Assembly (NCBI GenBank): GCA_964457465.1
Contig: CAYWEJ010000002.1
Span: 15-64,014 of the forward strand
From: an uncultured Gammaproteobacteria bacterium
GTDB lineage: Bacteria > Patescibacteriota > Microgenomatia > Levybacterales > UBA12049
Length of the DNA: 64,000 bases
Reading direction: 5' to 3'
Below the pieces are notes generated by a model, which was not told the DNA's origin, ran no database searches, and saw only the letters and a list, made by a program, of their open reading frames with translations. Below are positions 9,085 to 19,661 of this stretch, in pieces. A program made the translations under genes and the position numbers. Numbering within the stretch: position 1 is the first letter of the stretch; each line of letters starts with the position of its first letter.

Positions 9085-9633
9085 ATGTCAAAAATTGGAA
9101 AATTACCTATTAGTATTGCAGAAGGAGTAACTGTTACTATCGATGGCAATAGTGTTAAGGCAACTGGTCTTAAAGGAGAAGCGTCATACGCGCTTCCAAG
9201 CGATGTAATTGCAAAGCAAGATGAGGGCCTAATTGTCATTGAACCAAAAGATATGGATACTGTTTCATATGCTCTTTGGGGTCTAGCGCGAGCTCAGGTT
9301 GCTAATCTAGTAGAAGGAGTTTCAAAAGGATTTGAGAAAAAGTTAGAACTACAAGGGGTAGGATATAGAGCTCAAATGCAGGGCAATGATTTGGTACTAA
9401 GTCTTGGATTTTCTCATCCGGTAAAATTTGTTCCAAAAGATGGAATAAAGATTGCTGTTGCTGAGAACATCATCAGTATTTCTGGAGTTGATAAGATGCT
9501 TGTTGGTGAGACTGCTGCCAAGATCAGGGCAGTAAAAGAGCCAGAGCCATATAAAGGCAAAGGAATTCGTTATGTAGGAGAACAGGTTCGAAGAAAAGCA
9601 GGTAAAGCAGCAAAAGCTGTTGGAGCAAAATAA
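9085..9633 (+). CDS. rplF: 50S ribosomal protein L6
   Basis: Start set at the ATG at 9085 (MSKIGKLPISIAEGVTV...). The track ORF began upstream at 9052. Confidence 0.92.
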   Translation: MSKIGKLPISIAEGVTVTIDGNSVKATGLKGEASYALPSDVIAKQDEGLIVIEPKDMDTVSYALWGLARAQVANLVEGVSKGFEKKLELQGVGYRAQMQGNDLVLSLGFSHPVKFVPKDGIKIAVAENIISISGVDKMLVGETAAKIRAVKEPEPYKGKGIRYVGEQVRRKAGKAAKAVGAK

Positions 9634-9634
9634 C

Positions 9635-9976
9635 ATGAATACTAAAAGAAAACGTATCATCGCAAGACAAGATAGAATCAGAGCTCATATTCGGGCAGTT
9701 TCTGCATATCCAAGGCTATCTGTTTATCGATCAAATAAGCTTATCTATGCCCAAATTATCGATGATAAGGCACAAAAAACTCTTATTGGAGTTTGTGAGG
9801 ATAAAGCAGCAAAGGGAAACAAGACAGAAAGGGCAAAAGTACTTGGTCAAGCTCTTGCAAGGCTGGCAGCAGATAAGAAAATAAAGCAGGTAGTTTTTGA
9901 TAAAGGTTCATATGCTTATCACGGAAGAGTAAAAGCGCTCGCCGAGGGCGCAAGAGAAGGAGGGTTGGTTTTCTAA
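9635..9976 (+). CDS. rplR: 50S ribosomal protein L18
   Basis: An ATG at 9635 is preferred over the TTG at 9620. Sequence ...RLSVYRSNKLIYAQIIDD... Confidence 0.9.
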   Translation: MNTKRKRIIARQDRIRAHIRAVSAYPRLSVYRSNKLIYAQIIDDKAQKTLIGVCEDKAAKGNKTERAKVLGQALARLAADKKIKQVVFDKGSYAYHGRVKALAEGAREGGLVF

Positions 9977-9977
9977 T

Positions 9978-10475
9978 ATGGCACGGTTTGATACAAGATC
10001 ACAAGGAAAAAGTGAATTTATTGAGCAGGTTGTAAAAATCAGCCGTGTTTCAAAAAAGACTAAAGGAGGAAATAAGGTTGGATTTTCTGCTCTAACTGTT
10101 GTTGGAGATGGAAAAGGAAAAGTGGGCGTTGGTCTTGGAAAAGCTCCTGATGTTTCAGGCGCTGTTAGAAAAGGAATTCTGCTTGCTAAAAAACATATGA
10201 TCACGGTCCCTCTAATAAATGGAACAATTCCGACTCGAGTGGATGTCAAGGTCGGAGCGGCAAAGATTATGCTTAAGCCAGCACCTCCTGGAAGCGGAAT
10301 TATCGCGGGCGGAGCAGTTCGTAGCGTTGTTGCAGCAGCAGGAATTACAAATATTTCATCGAAGGTTCTTGGCAGTAATAATCAGCAAGGTAACGTAACT
10401 GCAACGCTTGAAGCGCTCCGTGAGCTGTCTGTAATTCAAGAGAAAAAAGAAGCATTAAAAACAAAAAGTAAATAA
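9978..10475 (+). CDS. rpsE: 30S ribosomal protein S5
   Basis: 165 aa, dsRBD plus S5 C-terminal domain. rplO follows directly, with no L30 gene. Confidence 0.95.
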   Translation: MARFDTRSQGKSEFIEQVVKISRVSKKTKGGNKVGFSALTVVGDGKGKVGVGLGKAPDVSGAVRKGILLAKKHMITVPLINGTIPTRVDVKVGAAKIMLKPAPPGSGIIAGGAVRSVVAAAGITNISSKVLGSNNQQGNVTATLEALRELSVIQEKKEALKTKSK

Positions 10476-10477
10476 AT

Positions 10478-10942
10478 ATGGAATTACATCAACTACAAAG
10501 TATTAGCTATAAGAGAAAAAGACGCCTTGGACAAGGTCATGGTTCTGGTAGAATGAAAACAGCTGGAAGAGGAACTAAAGGCCAGAAGGCTAGATATGAC
10601 ATCCCTCTTGATTTTGAAGGAGGGGCATTACCTCTTATTAAGCGTCTACCTTTTTTAAGAGGAAAAGGTCGCAATGCAAGCAGGTATGAAAAACCTCTTG
10701 TTATTAGTGTCAGCGATTTGGAGTCTTTGCCAAAAAATAGCGTGGTAACGCTAGAATTCCTGGCAAAACATAATATTGTAGATGAGGCTTCTGCTCTTAG
10801 GCAAGGCATCAAAGTCTTGGGACAAGGAGAAATAACGCACCCTCTTACTGTAAAATTAATAGTCTCAAAACTTGCTGAAGATAAGATTGTTAAGGCAGGA
10901 GGCAAAGTTGAGCCGCAATCAACTGACGTCACAGTTGCATGA
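10478..10942 (+). CDS. rplO: 50S ribosomal protein L15
   Basis: 154 aa, [10 protein letters not shown]... Confidence 0.93.
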   Translation: MELHQLQSISYKRKRRLGQGHGSGRMKTAGRGTKGQKARYDIPLDFEGGALPLIKRLPFLRGKGRNASRYEKPLVISVSDLESLPKNSVVTLEFLAKHNIVDEASALRQGIKVLGQGEITHPLTVKLIVSKLAEDKIVKAGGKVEPQSTDVTVA

Positions 10943-12228
10943 ATAAATTTTTTGCTACCCTTTCATCAGCACTTCGAACACCAGAGGTTCGTCGAAAACT
11001 TATTTATACCGCAGTTATCTTCTTAGTATTTAGAATTTTTGCTCATATTCCTGTTGCTGGAGTTGATGTGGCAAGTCTTAAAAATCTTTTTGCTCAAAAT
11101 CAATTCTTAGGGCTTCTTGATATTTTTTCAGGGGGGACTCTTCGAAATTTTTCAGTATTAGCTCTCGGTCTTAATCCTTATATTAATGCATCTATTATTC
11201 TTCAGGTTTTAACGATGGTATTTCCAAAGCTTGAAGAGATGCAAAAAGAGGGAGAGCAGGGCAGGCAAAAGATCAATCAATACACAAGATTTTTGACAGT
11301 TCCCCTTGCTGTTCTGCAGTCAATTGGTATGTACGCGCTTTTAAGAAGTCAGGGGATTATAACAACATTGTCTCCTTTTGAGCTGGTAACATTTTTACTC
11401 ACCATGACTGCTGGAACTATGTTTGCTGTATGGCTTGGGGAATTGATTACTGAAAGAGGTGTAGGAAATGGTATTTCAGTTCTTATCTTCGCTGGAATTA
11501 TTGGAAATTTACCTGCAGTTATTGGACGAACGGCTGCTACTACAACATCAGATAGTTTGATAGGTGTTCTCTCATTTTTGGCGCTTGGATTTTTAGTAAT
11601 TGTTTCAGTTATTCTTGTCAACGAAGCAACAAGACAGCTTCCGGTTCATTACGCAAAGAGAATGCGGGGAAGTAAAATGTTCGGAGGCCAGTCGACTCAC
11701 TTACCACTCCGTCTTAATCAGTCAGGTGTAATTCCAATTATATTTGCTGTTTCATTAGTGTTACTACCTTCTCTTTTAGCCAACTTCATGATTACATCAA
11801 AAACCCCTCAGCTTATCTCTATTGGACAGTTCTTAACGTATTGGTTTAATCCTAATGGGTTTGTTTATAATTTTTCTTATTTTGTTTTGGTTGTTGGTTT
11901 TACTTTCTTTTATACTGCAGTTGTCTTTAATCCAAAAAAGATCTCCGAAGAGATGCAGAAGCATGGTGGTTTTATTCCAGGAATTCGTCCCGGGTCTCAA
12001 ACAGCAACATATCTTAATTACATACTTACAAGACTAACCCTTGTAGGGGCAGCATTCTTAGGTATCATTGCAATTCTACCTTCCCTTATTCGTAGTATTA
12101 CGGGCGTTGAGACGCTTATTCTTGGAGGAACAGGAATTCTTATCGTCGTAAGCGTTATTCTTGAAACCTACAAGGCGATTGAGGCACAGTTGGTAATGAG
12201 AAATTATGAAGGGTTTTTAAGAAGATGA
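10939..12228 (+). CDS. secY: Preprotein translocase subunit SecY
   Basis: 429 aa with 10 TM helices. Canonical position after rplO. Confidence 0.95.
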   Translation: MNKFFATLSSALRTPEVRRKLIYTAVIFLVFRIFAHIPVAGVDVASLKNLFAQNQFLGLLDIFSGGTLRNFSVLALGLNPYINASIILQVLTMVFPKLEEMQKEGEQGRQKINQYTRFLTVPLAVLQSIGMYALLRSQGIITTLSPFELVTFLLTMTAGTMFAVWLGELITERGVGNGISVLIFAGIIGNLPAVIGRTAATTTSDSLIGVLSFLALGFLVIVSVILVNEATRQLPVHYAKRMRGSKMFGGQSTHLPLRLNQSGVIPIIFAVSLVLLPSLLANFMITSKTPQLISIGQFLTYWFNPNGFVYNFSYFVLVVGFTFFYTAVVFNPKKISEEMQKHGGFIPGIRPGSQTATYLNYILTRLTLVGAAFLGIIAILPSLIRSITGVETLILGGTGILIVVSVILETYKAIEAQLVMRNYEGFLRR

Positions 12229-12797
12229 AAATTATATTAATAGGTATTCAAGGTGCCGGAAAATCAACACAAGGAAAATTATTGTCTGAAAAATTGAAAA
12301 TTCCATATTTGTCTACAGGACATATCTTTCGTGAATTAGCAAAAGAACACACACCTCTTGGTCGATATATTAAAGAAACTATGAACGCAGGATTTCTCAT
12401 ACCTGATACAAAGGTTATGGATATCGTTACAGAGTATTTACACCGTCCTGAATACAGCGACGGTTATATCTTGGATGGTTTTCCTCGCACAAGTCATCAG
12501 GCAGAAAAGTTTGAGAATGGAGTAGATCATGTGTTTTATCTTAAGGTTTCAGATCGTGAAGCTTTATGGCGCTTGTCATACAGAACTGGCCCTGAGGCAG
12601 ATGGAAGAGAGGATGAAACACTCTCCGCGATAAGAAAAAGAATTGAACTTTTTCATGAACACACGAAGCCTGTGATTGAATACTACAGGAAGCACCAAAA
12701 GCTGGTAGAAGTTGATGGCGAAGAACCAATTGAGAAGATTCATCGTGTCATAATGGACCATATTAAAGATAGCGAGCAGAATACTCGCAAGAGTTAA
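12225..12797 (+). CDS. adk: Adenylate kinase, short form without a zinc lid
   Basis: P-loop [10 protein letters not shown] and an NMP-binding region. Confidence 0.93.
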   Translation: MKIILIGIQGAGKSTQGKLLSEKLKIPYLSTGHIFRELAKEHTPLGRYIKETMNAGFLIPDTKVMDIVTEYLHRPEYSDGYILDGFPRTSHQAEKFENGVDHVFYLKVSDREALWRLSYRTGPEADGREDETLSAIRKRIELFHEHTKPVIEYYRKHQKLVEVDGEEPIEKIHRVIMDHIKDSEQNTRKS

Positions 12798-12798
12798 T

Positions 12799-13503
12799 AT
12801 GGGAGGATTTATTATCGCTATTGACGGACCCGCTGCTTCAGGAAAAGGAACGATAGTTCAACTTCTTACAGAGTATTTCCACGGCGTAAATATTTATACA
12901 GGGGGCATGTATCGCGCATTAGCTCTTGCATGTATGAGAAAAAAAATCAGTTTTGATGATCATGAGGGAGTTTTAGCATTATTGTCATCATCAGAAATCA
13001 GCCTAGGTAAAGATGCTGAATTATCAGTCGTAGCAACAATATATCTCAATGGAGAAAATGTTACCGAAGAAATTAAAACGCCTGATGCCGCAATTGGAGC
13101 TGGGAAAGTCGTCCAAGTGCCAGGCGTAAGGCAGGAGATTGTTTCGCGTCAACAAGCATTAGTGAAAAGGCTAGTTAGCGATAAAAGGGTAGCTATTCTT
13201 GATGGTCAAGATATTGCACTGTATGTTTGTCCTGATGCAGAAGTGAAAGTTTTTTTAACTGCATCTCAAGAAGTCAGAGCAAAAAGACGACAGAGACAGT
13301 ATGAAAAACAAGGGCTTCATAAGTCGATTGATGCAATGCTTGAGGAAATAAAAACTCGCGATCGGCAAGATTGGACAAGGACACTCCATCCTCTTTCCTC
13401 AGATCCTGAAAAAGATGGCTATTTTTTTCTTGATAGCTCTACTCTTGATGAGCAGCAAACAAAAAATATTATTTTAGATCATATCAAAACATTACAACTA
13501 TGA
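12799..13503 (+). CDS. cmk: Cytidylate (CMP) kinase
   Basis: IAIDGPAASGKGT P-loop and a cytidylate kinase fold. Its position between adk and map is unusual. Confidence 0.85.
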   Translation: MGGFIIAIDGPAASGKGTIVQLLTEYFHGVNIYTGGMYRALALACMRKKISFDDHEGVLALLSSSEISLGKDAELSVVATIYLNGENVTEEIKTPDAAIGAGKVVQVPGVRQEIVSRQQALVKRLVSDKRVAILDGQDIALYVCPDAEVKVFLTASQEVRAKRRQRQYEKQGLHKSIDAMLEEIKTRDRQDWTRTLHPLSSDPEKDGYFFLDSSTLDEQQTKNIILDHIKTLQL

Positions 13504-14261
13504 TTCATATAAAAAATAACAAAGAAATTGAAAGTATGAAAAAAGGAGGAGCAATTCTTGCTCAGGCTCTGTTTACAGCATTAGAAGCTGTTAAAGAGGG
13601 CGTCACCGAAAAAGAGCTTGATTCCATTACTGAGAGAGTCATCATCGAGCATGGGGCTGAGGCGGGATTTAAAAAAGTACCAGGGTACCATCATGCTATT
13701 TGTACGGCTACAAATGATGTTATTGTCCATGGCATCCCAGGAGATTATCGTCTCAAGAAGGGTGATGTTATTTGTATTGACGCAGGAGTATTTTTTGATA
13801 ATCTTCATACCGACATGGCCGAGACTGTTGTAGTTGGAGGAGCAAAAGAAGCTCCTGAAGGCGTTGAAAAATTTTTAAACACAGGGAAAAAAGCTCTTGC
13901 TGCAGGCATAGCACAGGCAAAAGAAGGAAATCGTGTTGGGCACATATCGCGAGCCATTCAGCAGATTGTTGAGAAAGAAGGGTACTCAGTGGTGAGGACG
14001 CTGATTGGGCATGGTGTTGGGAGAGAACTGCATGAGGAGCCAGAGATACCAGGATATTTACATGGAGCACTTGAGAAAACACCAATATTGAAAGAGGGAA
14101 TGACGATAGCAATTGAAGTGATATACACAATGGGTGGGCCAGATGTAGTGTATGCAAATGATGATGGGTGGACAATTAAGACTGAAGATGGAAGCCTCTC
14201 TGCTGTTTTTGAGCGTACAGTTTTAGTTACATCATCTAAACCTGAGGTGCTTACGCAATAG
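13500..14261 (+). CDS. map: Methionine aminopeptidase type I
   Basis: 253 aa with MetAP metal ligands (D...D...H...E...E). Confidence 0.93.
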   Translation: MIHIKNNKEIESMKKGGAILAQALFTALEAVKEGVTEKELDSITERVIIEHGAEAGFKKVPGYHHAICTATNDVIVHGIPGDYRLKKGDVICIDAGVFFDNLHTDMAETVVVGGAKEAPEGVEKFLNTGKKALAAGIAQAKEGNRVGHISRAIQQIVEKEGYSVVRTLIGHGVGRELHEEPEIPGYLHGALEKTPILKEGMTIAIEVIYTMGGPDVVYANDDGWTIKTEDGSLSAVFERTVLVTSSKPEVLTQ

Positions 14262-14262
14262 G

Positions 14263-14291
14263 TTGCTCTTTTGAGGCTAGTTTGCTATAAT
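14263..14291 (+). promoter_or_regulatory. Candidate internal promoter ahead of infA (TTGCTC-17-TATAAT)
   Basis: TTGCTC at 14263-14268, a 17-nt spacer, TATAAT at 14286-14291. A TTGCC-ttaaa-GGCAA hairpin at 14358-14372 abuts the infA start. Confidence 0.35.
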
Positions 14292-14375
14292 TACTTCACG
14301 CTGCTTAGTGTAGCTGAATAAATGCATATTCCCTTCTCCCTAGGGGTATGTGGTTTTTTGCCTTAAAGGCAACTT

Positions 14376-14591
14376 ATGGCTCATCAAGGATCAATAGAGA
14401 AAGATGGAATTGTTAAAGAAGCTTTGCCCAACACGTTATTTCGAGTTGAGCTAGAGGATAAATCTGTGGTTCTTTGTCATTTGTCAGGTAAGATGCGAAT
14501 CCATTTTATCAAAATTTTACCTGGAGATAGAGTTAAAATTGAGATGACGCCTTATGATAAAGGAAAAGGGCGAATAATCTATAGAGGTTAA
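14376..14591 (+). CDS. infA: Translation initiation factor IF-1
   Basis: 71 aa, S1-like OB fold. Confidence 0.95.
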   Translation: MAHQGSIEKDGIVKEALPNTLFRVELEDKSVVLCHLSGKMRIHFIKILPGDRVKIEMTPYDKGKGRIIYRG

Positions 14592-14595
14592 CACA

Positions 14596-14709
14596 ATGAA
14601 AGTACAAGCAAGTGTAAAAAAAAGATGCAATAAATGTAAAATAATTCGCAGAAAAGGCGTTGTTTTTGTTATTTGTGAAACGCCAAAACATAAGCAGCGT
14701 CAAGGATAA
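14596..14709 (+). CDS. rpmJ: 50S ribosomal protein L36 (not listed by the ORF track)
   Basis: Translates to [37 protein letters not shown], 37 aa, with C..C..C..H zinc-ribbon spacing. It lies between infA and rpsM as expected. Confidence 0.92.
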   Translation: MKVQASVKKRCNKCKIIRRKGVVFVICETPKHKQRQG

Positions 14710-14712
14710 AAT

Positions 14713-15117
14713 ATGCGTATAGCAGGAATTACCATACCAGTTGAAAAAAGAGTAGATATTGCACTTACCTATCTTTACGGCATAGGAAGAAGCAATGTCA
14801 AGAATGTGCTTAAGGCAGCAAATCTTGACGGTTCTGTTCGAGTCAAAGATCTCTCAGAAGATGATCAAAAAAGAATCACAAAAGCTCTTGAGACTATTAA
14901 GGTTGAAGGAGATCTTAGGACAGAGGTCTCTGGGAATATCAGAAGACTAAGAGATGCTGGTGCATATAGAGGTATGCGTCATAGTAAGAATCTTCCTGCG
15001 CGAGGGCAAAGAACAAAATCAAATGCTCGAACAAAGCGTGGCAAAAGAATGACTATCGGAGCAATCAAGAAGGAAATGGCAGCAAAGATGGAAGCATCTG
15101 CGAAAGCGAGTAAATAA
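14713..15117 (+). CDS. rpsM: 30S ribosomal protein S13
   Basis: 134 aa, MRIAGITIP... Confidence 0.95.
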   Translation: MRIAGITIPVEKRVDIALTYLYGIGRSNVKNVLKAANLDGSVRVKDLSEDDQKRITKALETIKVEGDLRTEVSGNIRRLRDAGAYRGMRHSKNLPARGQRTKSNARTKRGKRMTIGAIKKEMAAKMEASAKASK

Positions 15118-15128
15118 TTTATAAATAT

Positions 15129-15527
15129 ATGGCAGCAAAAAAACAAGTAAAAACATCTAAGAAAAAATCTCATCTCGTTGTAGGTGAGCACGGTAGAATT
15201 TATGTAACTGCAACATTTAATAATTCATTGGTTAGTATCACTAATGATAATGGTGATCTTATATCCTGGAGCTCAGCCGGCAATTCAGGATTCAAAGGTA
15301 CAAGAAAGTCTACCCCATATGCAGCTTCACTTGCTGTTGAGAATGCAGCAAAGAAGGCTCTTTCCCTAGGTCTTAAATCAGTGGACGTATTTATTAAAGG
15401 TCCTGGGTCTGGTAGAGACTCATCTCTTCGGGCAATTAAAAGCGCTGGTTTTTCAATAACTTCAATAGCTGATGTTACACCTATCCCGCATAACGGGCCA
15501 AGAGCAAAGAAAAAGAGGAGAGTATAA
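15129..15527 (+). CDS. rpsK: 30S ribosomal protein S11
   Basis: 132 aa. Confidence 0.95.
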   Translation: MAAKKQVKTSKKKSHLVVGEHGRIYVTATFNNSLVSITNDNGDLISWSSAGNSGFKGTRKSTPYAASLAVENAAKKALSLGLKSVDVFIKGPGSGRDSSLRAIKSAGFSITSIADVTPIPHNGPRAKKKRRV

Positions 15528-15533
15528 TATATT

Positions 15534-16136
15534 ATGGCAAGATATACAGGACCAAAGCATAGATTAGCAAGACGAGAGGGAATAAATATTCTTGATAAGA
15601 CATCAAATTCTCTTGCGCGTCGTCTTAATGTTCCACCAGGGGTTCATGGTAAAAAACCAAAAAGAAGACTGTCTGAGTATGGTCAGCAATTAAGAGAAAA
15701 GCAAAAAGCAAAAGCAATGTACGGACTGCTGGAGAAACAGTTCAAAAGACTCGTTACTCATCTTGAAAAGCAGAAGGGCGATACAAGTGAACTGATGTTA
15801 TCTCTTCTTGAGACGCGACTTGATAATATGGTGTATCGTCTTGGTTTTGCTAAAACTCGATTTCAAGCTAGGCAATTTGTTTCACATGGTCATATCAAGG
15901 TAAATAGTAAAAGACTTTCTATCCCTTCATATCAAGTGAGGGTAGATGATGTCATAGAGCTAGACGATAAGATACTCAAAACTCCTGATATTACAAAGTT
16001 ATTTTCTGAGACTTCAGAGACAGTTTCATTCATTGAGAAAAAAGGCAACAAGGGAAAGCTTGTTCGTATGCCAAAACGTGACGATATAGTAGTTCCGTTC
16101 AATACTCAGCAGATTATTGAATATTATTCCAGATAA
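15534..16136 (+). CDS. rpsD: 30S ribosomal protein S4
   Basis: 200 aa, MARYTGPKHRLARREG... Confidence 0.95.
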   Translation: MARYTGPKHRLARREGINILDKTSNSLARRLNVPPGVHGKKPKRRLSEYGQQLREKQKAKAMYGLLEKQFKRLVTHLEKQKGDTSELMLSLLETRLDNMVYRLGFAKTRFQARQFVSHGHIKVNSKRLSIPSYQVRVDDVIELDDKILKTPDITKLFSETSETVSFIEKKGNKGKLVRMPKRDDIVVPFNTQQIIEYYSR

Positions 16137-16167
16137 TGATACAATAGATCATTGTCTTGTGGAAATT

Positions 16168-17097
16168 ATGAATAACAACTTATTTTTTACAATTAAAGAA
16201 ATAGTAAATGCAGATGGGTTTGGAGAATTCGTTATTGAGCCCTTAGAGCCAGGATTTGGTTATACGATAGGAAATGCTCTTCGAAGAGTGCTATATTCTT
16301 CTATCTCTGGAGCTGCAGTAACTTCTATAAAAATTGGATCAGTAAAGCACAAGTTCTCAACAGTAGACGGACTTAAAGAAAATGTTATCGATCTTCTTCT
16401 TAACATCAAAGAACTTAATCTTAAGTTGGCTGGTGATAAAGATTCAGGTACGCTCAGTCTTTCAGTCAAAGGTCCAGCAGAGATTACAGCTGCTGATTTT
16501 GAAGCTTCAGACGGAGTTGAAGTTGTTAATAAAGATCACTATATTGGATCACTTTCTGGTAAAGGATCAAAATTAGAGATGGAGCTTCAAGTTGAAAGAG
16601 GTATGGGCTATTCTCTTGCTGAAGAGAGAAGGTCAACAGAAATAGGAAGTATTCCAACAGATGCAATATTTTCTCCTATTCGTAGAGTAACTTATTCAGT
16701 AGAAGCGACTCGAGTTGGTCGTCAGACAAATCTTGATAAGCTTACTCTTAAGATTTGGACAAATGGAACAGTTGATCCAAAAGAATCTCTTGAAAAAGCT
16801 GCAAGAATACTCGCAAATTCATTTACCCAGGTTTTTGACCCTCAGGTGTCTGATGCCGCTGTCGAAGAAGGAGTATCAACTGGGAATCTCCCATCAGGAG
16901 TTGCTAAAATGACTGTTGATGAACTTGATTTACCAACAAGAATTTACAATAGTCTTCGAAACGGTGGGATTGAAACAGTTGAGCAGCTGCTTCAGACCCC
17001 AAGAAAAGATCTAATCTCAATGAGAAACATGGGTGGTAAGTCAATATCAGTTATAGAAGAGAAATTGCAAGAAAAAGGTATTTCATTCCCAGCATAA
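16168..17097 (+). CDS. rpoA: DNA-directed RNA polymerase subunit alpha
   Basis: EPLEPGFGYTIGNALRRVL N-terminal domain and a C-terminal alpha-CTD. Start chosen at the ATG at 16168; the track's TTG at 16117 is the alternative. Confidence 0.9.
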   Translation: MNNNLFFTIKEIVNADGFGEFVIEPLEPGFGYTIGNALRRVLYSSISGAAVTSIKIGSVKHKFSTVDGLKENVIDLLLNIKELNLKLAGDKDSGTLSLSVKGPAEITAADFEASDGVEVVNKDHYIGSLSGKGSKLEMELQVERGMGYSLAEERRSTEIGSIPTDAIFSPIRRVTYSVEATRVGRQTNLDKLTLKIWTNGTVDPKESLEKAARILANSFTQVFDPQVSDAAVEEGVSTGNLPSGVAKMTVDELDLPTRIYNSLRNGGIETVEQLLQTPRKDLISMRNMGGKSISVIEEKLQEKGISFPA

Positions 17098-17125
17098 ATT
17101 AGTCTGCCTGTTATCTGTTTCAGTT

Positions 17126-17159
17126 ATCAGTTTTCAGATTTTTGTTAATCAGTTTTCAG
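17126..17159 (+). repeat. Direct repeat ATCAGTTTTCAG x2 in the rpoA-rplQ intergenic region
   Basis: Exact 12-mer at 17126-17137 and 17148-17159. Further CAGTT/AACTG copies occur through about 17235. Confidence 0.4.
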
Positions 17160-17242
17160 TCAAAGAATCGGATGAACAGATATACCGATAGGCCTGAATG
17201 CGAGAACAGAAAACCACGAACTGACAACTGATTTTTTGTATT

Positions 17243-17737
17243 ATGAGAAAACAAGTTTTTGGAAGACATCTTAAAAGAGATACAAATGAGCGAAAGGCTT
17301 TATTTAAGTCGCTTGCTTCTTCATTGGTGCTTCATGAGCGAATAGAGACTACAGAAGAAAAAGCAAAAGCAATTAAAGGCCAGGTTGAAAAAATGGTTAC
17401 AAAGGTTAAGAAAAATAATTCAAACCATACAGCAGATCTTTTAAGAGCGCACCTTTCGCATGAGGCGTTGGTTAAGCTAATGTCCGATATCGCTCCTCGT
17501 TTTTCAGATAGGCCAGGAGGGTACACAAGAATTATTAAGAAAGGTAATCGTTTCTCTGATAATGCATCAATGGTTTTTATAGAATGGGTAGAAAAAGGTG
17601 CAAAAACTATTGCTGATGTTAAGGCTGTTGACGCACCAAAGAAAGTTGTTAAAAAGAAAGTGGCAAAGGTCCAGGCAGATGCTAAGGTTGTAAAATCAGT
17701 TAAAAAGACTAAGACAGCAGGAAAGGAAGATAAATAA
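17243..17737 (+). CDS. rplQ: 50S ribosomal protein L17 with a lysine-rich C-terminal tail
   Basis: 164 aa. L17 core plus a tail. Confidence 0.92.
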   Translation: MRKQVFGRHLKRDTNERKALFKSLASSLVLHERIETTEEKAKAIKGQVEKMVTKVKKNNSNHTADLLRAHLSHEALVKLMSDIAPRFSDRPGGYTRIIKKGNRFSDNASMVFIEWVEKGAKTIADVKAVDAPKKVVKKKVAKVQADAKVVKSVKKTKTAGKEDK

Positions 17738-18159
17738 TGAAACAAACAAAGTCAGTAAAACAATCAGAAATTTCACACGAGTGGCATCTCATAGATGTCT
17801 CTGGGCAGAACCTTGGAAGAGTGTCTACAAAAATTGCAACACATCTCATGGGAAAATCAAAAACTAATTTTGTAAGAAATCTTGATTGTGGAGATTATGT
17901 AGTTGTAATTAATGCAAAAGACGTAAGTGTTTCTGGTAAAAAAGAAGAGAAAAAAACATATGCACGTCATTCAGGATATCCGGGCGGCTATAAGAGTGAG
18001 ACACTTAAAGAGTTGCGAGCAAGAAAACCTGAGGAAATAATTAGGCATGCAGTTAGGGGGATGTTGCCTCAGAATAGGCTTCGTGATAGAATGCTCAAGC
18101 GCTTGTTTGTTTTCTCGGAAAATGATCATACGTATCAAGATAAATTTGTACAAAAATAA
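17737..18159 (+). CDS. rplM: 50S ribosomal protein L13
   Basis: 140 aa. Confidence 0.93.
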   Translation: MKQTKSVKQSEISHEWHLIDVSGQNLGRVSTKIATHLMGKSKTNFVRNLDCGDYVVVINAKDVSVSGKKEEKKTYARHSGYPGGYKSETLKELRARKPEEIIRHAVRGMLPQNRLRDRMLKRLFVFSENDHTYQDKFVQK

Positions 18160-18161
18160 TT

Positions 18162-18638
18162 ATGGCAACTAAAGCACCATTAATAGAGAAAAAAGCAGTC
18201 ACAAAAAAAGATTATATTTTTGCAGTTGGCAGACGAAAAGAGGCAGTTGCAAGAGTTAGGCTTTATGAGAAGTTGAAGGATAAGTTTCAATGGGGTGTAA
18301 CTGAGATAAAAAAAGGCGATATCGTTGTTAACGAAAAAATGGCCTCAGAATATTTTCCTGGAGAAATTAATCGATTCGCATATACTGAGCCGCTTAGAGT
18401 TGCAAACGCACAAAATAAATATACTATTACAATACGTGTTGTTGGCGGGGGAAGCGCAGGGCAATTACAGGCTGTAGTAGCTGGGTTGTCAAACGCACTA
18501 TCTTTAGCTAATAAAGAAGACTATAGAGCAGCACTTAAGAAAAAAGGGTTTCTTACCAGAGATTCACGTATTCGTGAACGACGAAAAGTAGGTACCGGTG
18601 GAAAAGCTAGACGAGCTAAGCAATCACCAAAGCGATAA
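18162..18638 (+). CDS. rpsI: 30S ribosomal protein S9
   Basis: 158 aa. Confidence 0.93.
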   Translation: MATKAPLIEKKAVTKKDYIFAVGRRKEAVARVRLYEKLKDKFQWGVTEIKKGDIVVNEKMASEYFPGEINRFAYTEPLRVANAQNKYTITIRVVGGGSAGQLQAVVAGLSNALSLANKEDYRAALKKKGFLTRDSRIRERRKVGTGGKARRAKQSPKR

Positions 18639-18694
18639 CCTCAGATCCCCAAATGCTTGTTGACTCGAATTATTTCTTGTGTTAGCTTGGGAGT

Positions 18695-19039
18695 GTGGGA
18701 TTGATAACGTATCTTCTTATTAATAGTTTTGCTATTTTTATTGCAGCCCAGGTCTTAACAGGCGTTCATGTCTCTTCTTACCTTACTGCGATTATTATTG
18801 CAGTTTTTTTGGGGGCTGTTAATACATTTGTAAAACCTTTGATTCTCCTTCTCACTTTACCAATTACTATTGTTACATTTGGGTTTTTTGCATTTATTGT
18901 TAATGCACTATTGGTCCTGCTTGTTAGTAATGCTATTCCTGGATTTGTTGTAGATGGATTTTTGTGGGCACTACTTTTTAGTTTGGTAATATCTATAATA
19001 TCTTCATTTCTTAATTCGCTTTTGAGGACAAAAAAATAG
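18695..19039 (+). CDS. Small 4-TM membrane protein of the DUF360 / phage-holin-4 family
   Basis: 114 aa. The PGFVVDGF and VKPLILLLTLPIT pattern is characteristic of the family. Confidence 0.55.
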   Translation: MGLITYLLINSFAIFIAAQVLTGVHVSSYLTAIIIAVFLGAVNTFVKPLILLLTLPITIVTFGFFAFIVNALLVLLVSNAIPGFVVDGFLWALLFSLVISIISSFLNSLLRTKK

Positions 19040-19606
19040 CTATTGTATGTCTACTGTTAGTTCTTTCGCTGTGAGATAGCCCCACATAATTGCAGCTGGC
19101 AATAAATCCTCAAATTTCTCAGCATTAAACTCTCTTTTCTTGATACTTAATTTTTTAATATATTGCTTTGTATCTAGATGGAAGAGAAAAAGATCCATAA
19201 CCTGACTTACTGGAGATTTTACTTTTACACCTTCTGAAAGCATACTTCCTATCTTCATTCGAGCATTCCTTATGGATGATGCATCGTCAACTATTTTATA
19301 TGGTAAATACCCTTTCTCAAGCGAGCGCTCCTTAAGAAAGATTTGGACACCGCATGCCATTGATAAATATAGAAGCCCATATATCTTAGATCTCTTAACC
19401 TCTTTACTGGTTGGGATTGGTCTGTATAATGTTTGTGCAAATACTGCGGAGGCCTTTTTGCAATGGGTTAGTATACCTTCTGGCAGATAGAACTTAGAAC
19501 TTACGCTGTCATGTGTATACTGATCCATTGAAGTGATTATTTCTTCCCAAATTCTTTGCACTACTATATATGCTTGTCCTTCTTCATTCTTTGGCAGATT
19601 TTTCAT
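19040..19606 (-). CDS. Hypothetical protein (188 aa, soluble)
   Basis: Clean ORF convergent on the holin-like gene. No recognisable motif. Confidence 0.5.
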   Translation of the reverse strand: MKNLPKNEEGQAYIVVQRIWEEIITSMDQYTHDSVSSKFYLPEGILTHCKKASAVFAQTLYRPIPTSKEVKRSKIYGLLYLSMACGVQIFLKERSLEKGYLPYKIVDDASSIRNARMKIGSMLSEGVKVKSPVSQVMDLFLFHLDTKQYIKKLSIKKREFNAEKFEDLLPAAIMWGYLTAKELTVDIQ

Positions 19607-19661
19607 GATACTACTATATTAAGCATAAATTTCTTGAGAAAATCAAGCAGCTGTCGTTTAA

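Noticed and set aside
13768-14175. 135-aa antisense ORF (H/L/Q-rich) opposite map
   Set aside because: It lies entirely within the well-supported methionine aminopeptidase gene and has a low-complexity translation.
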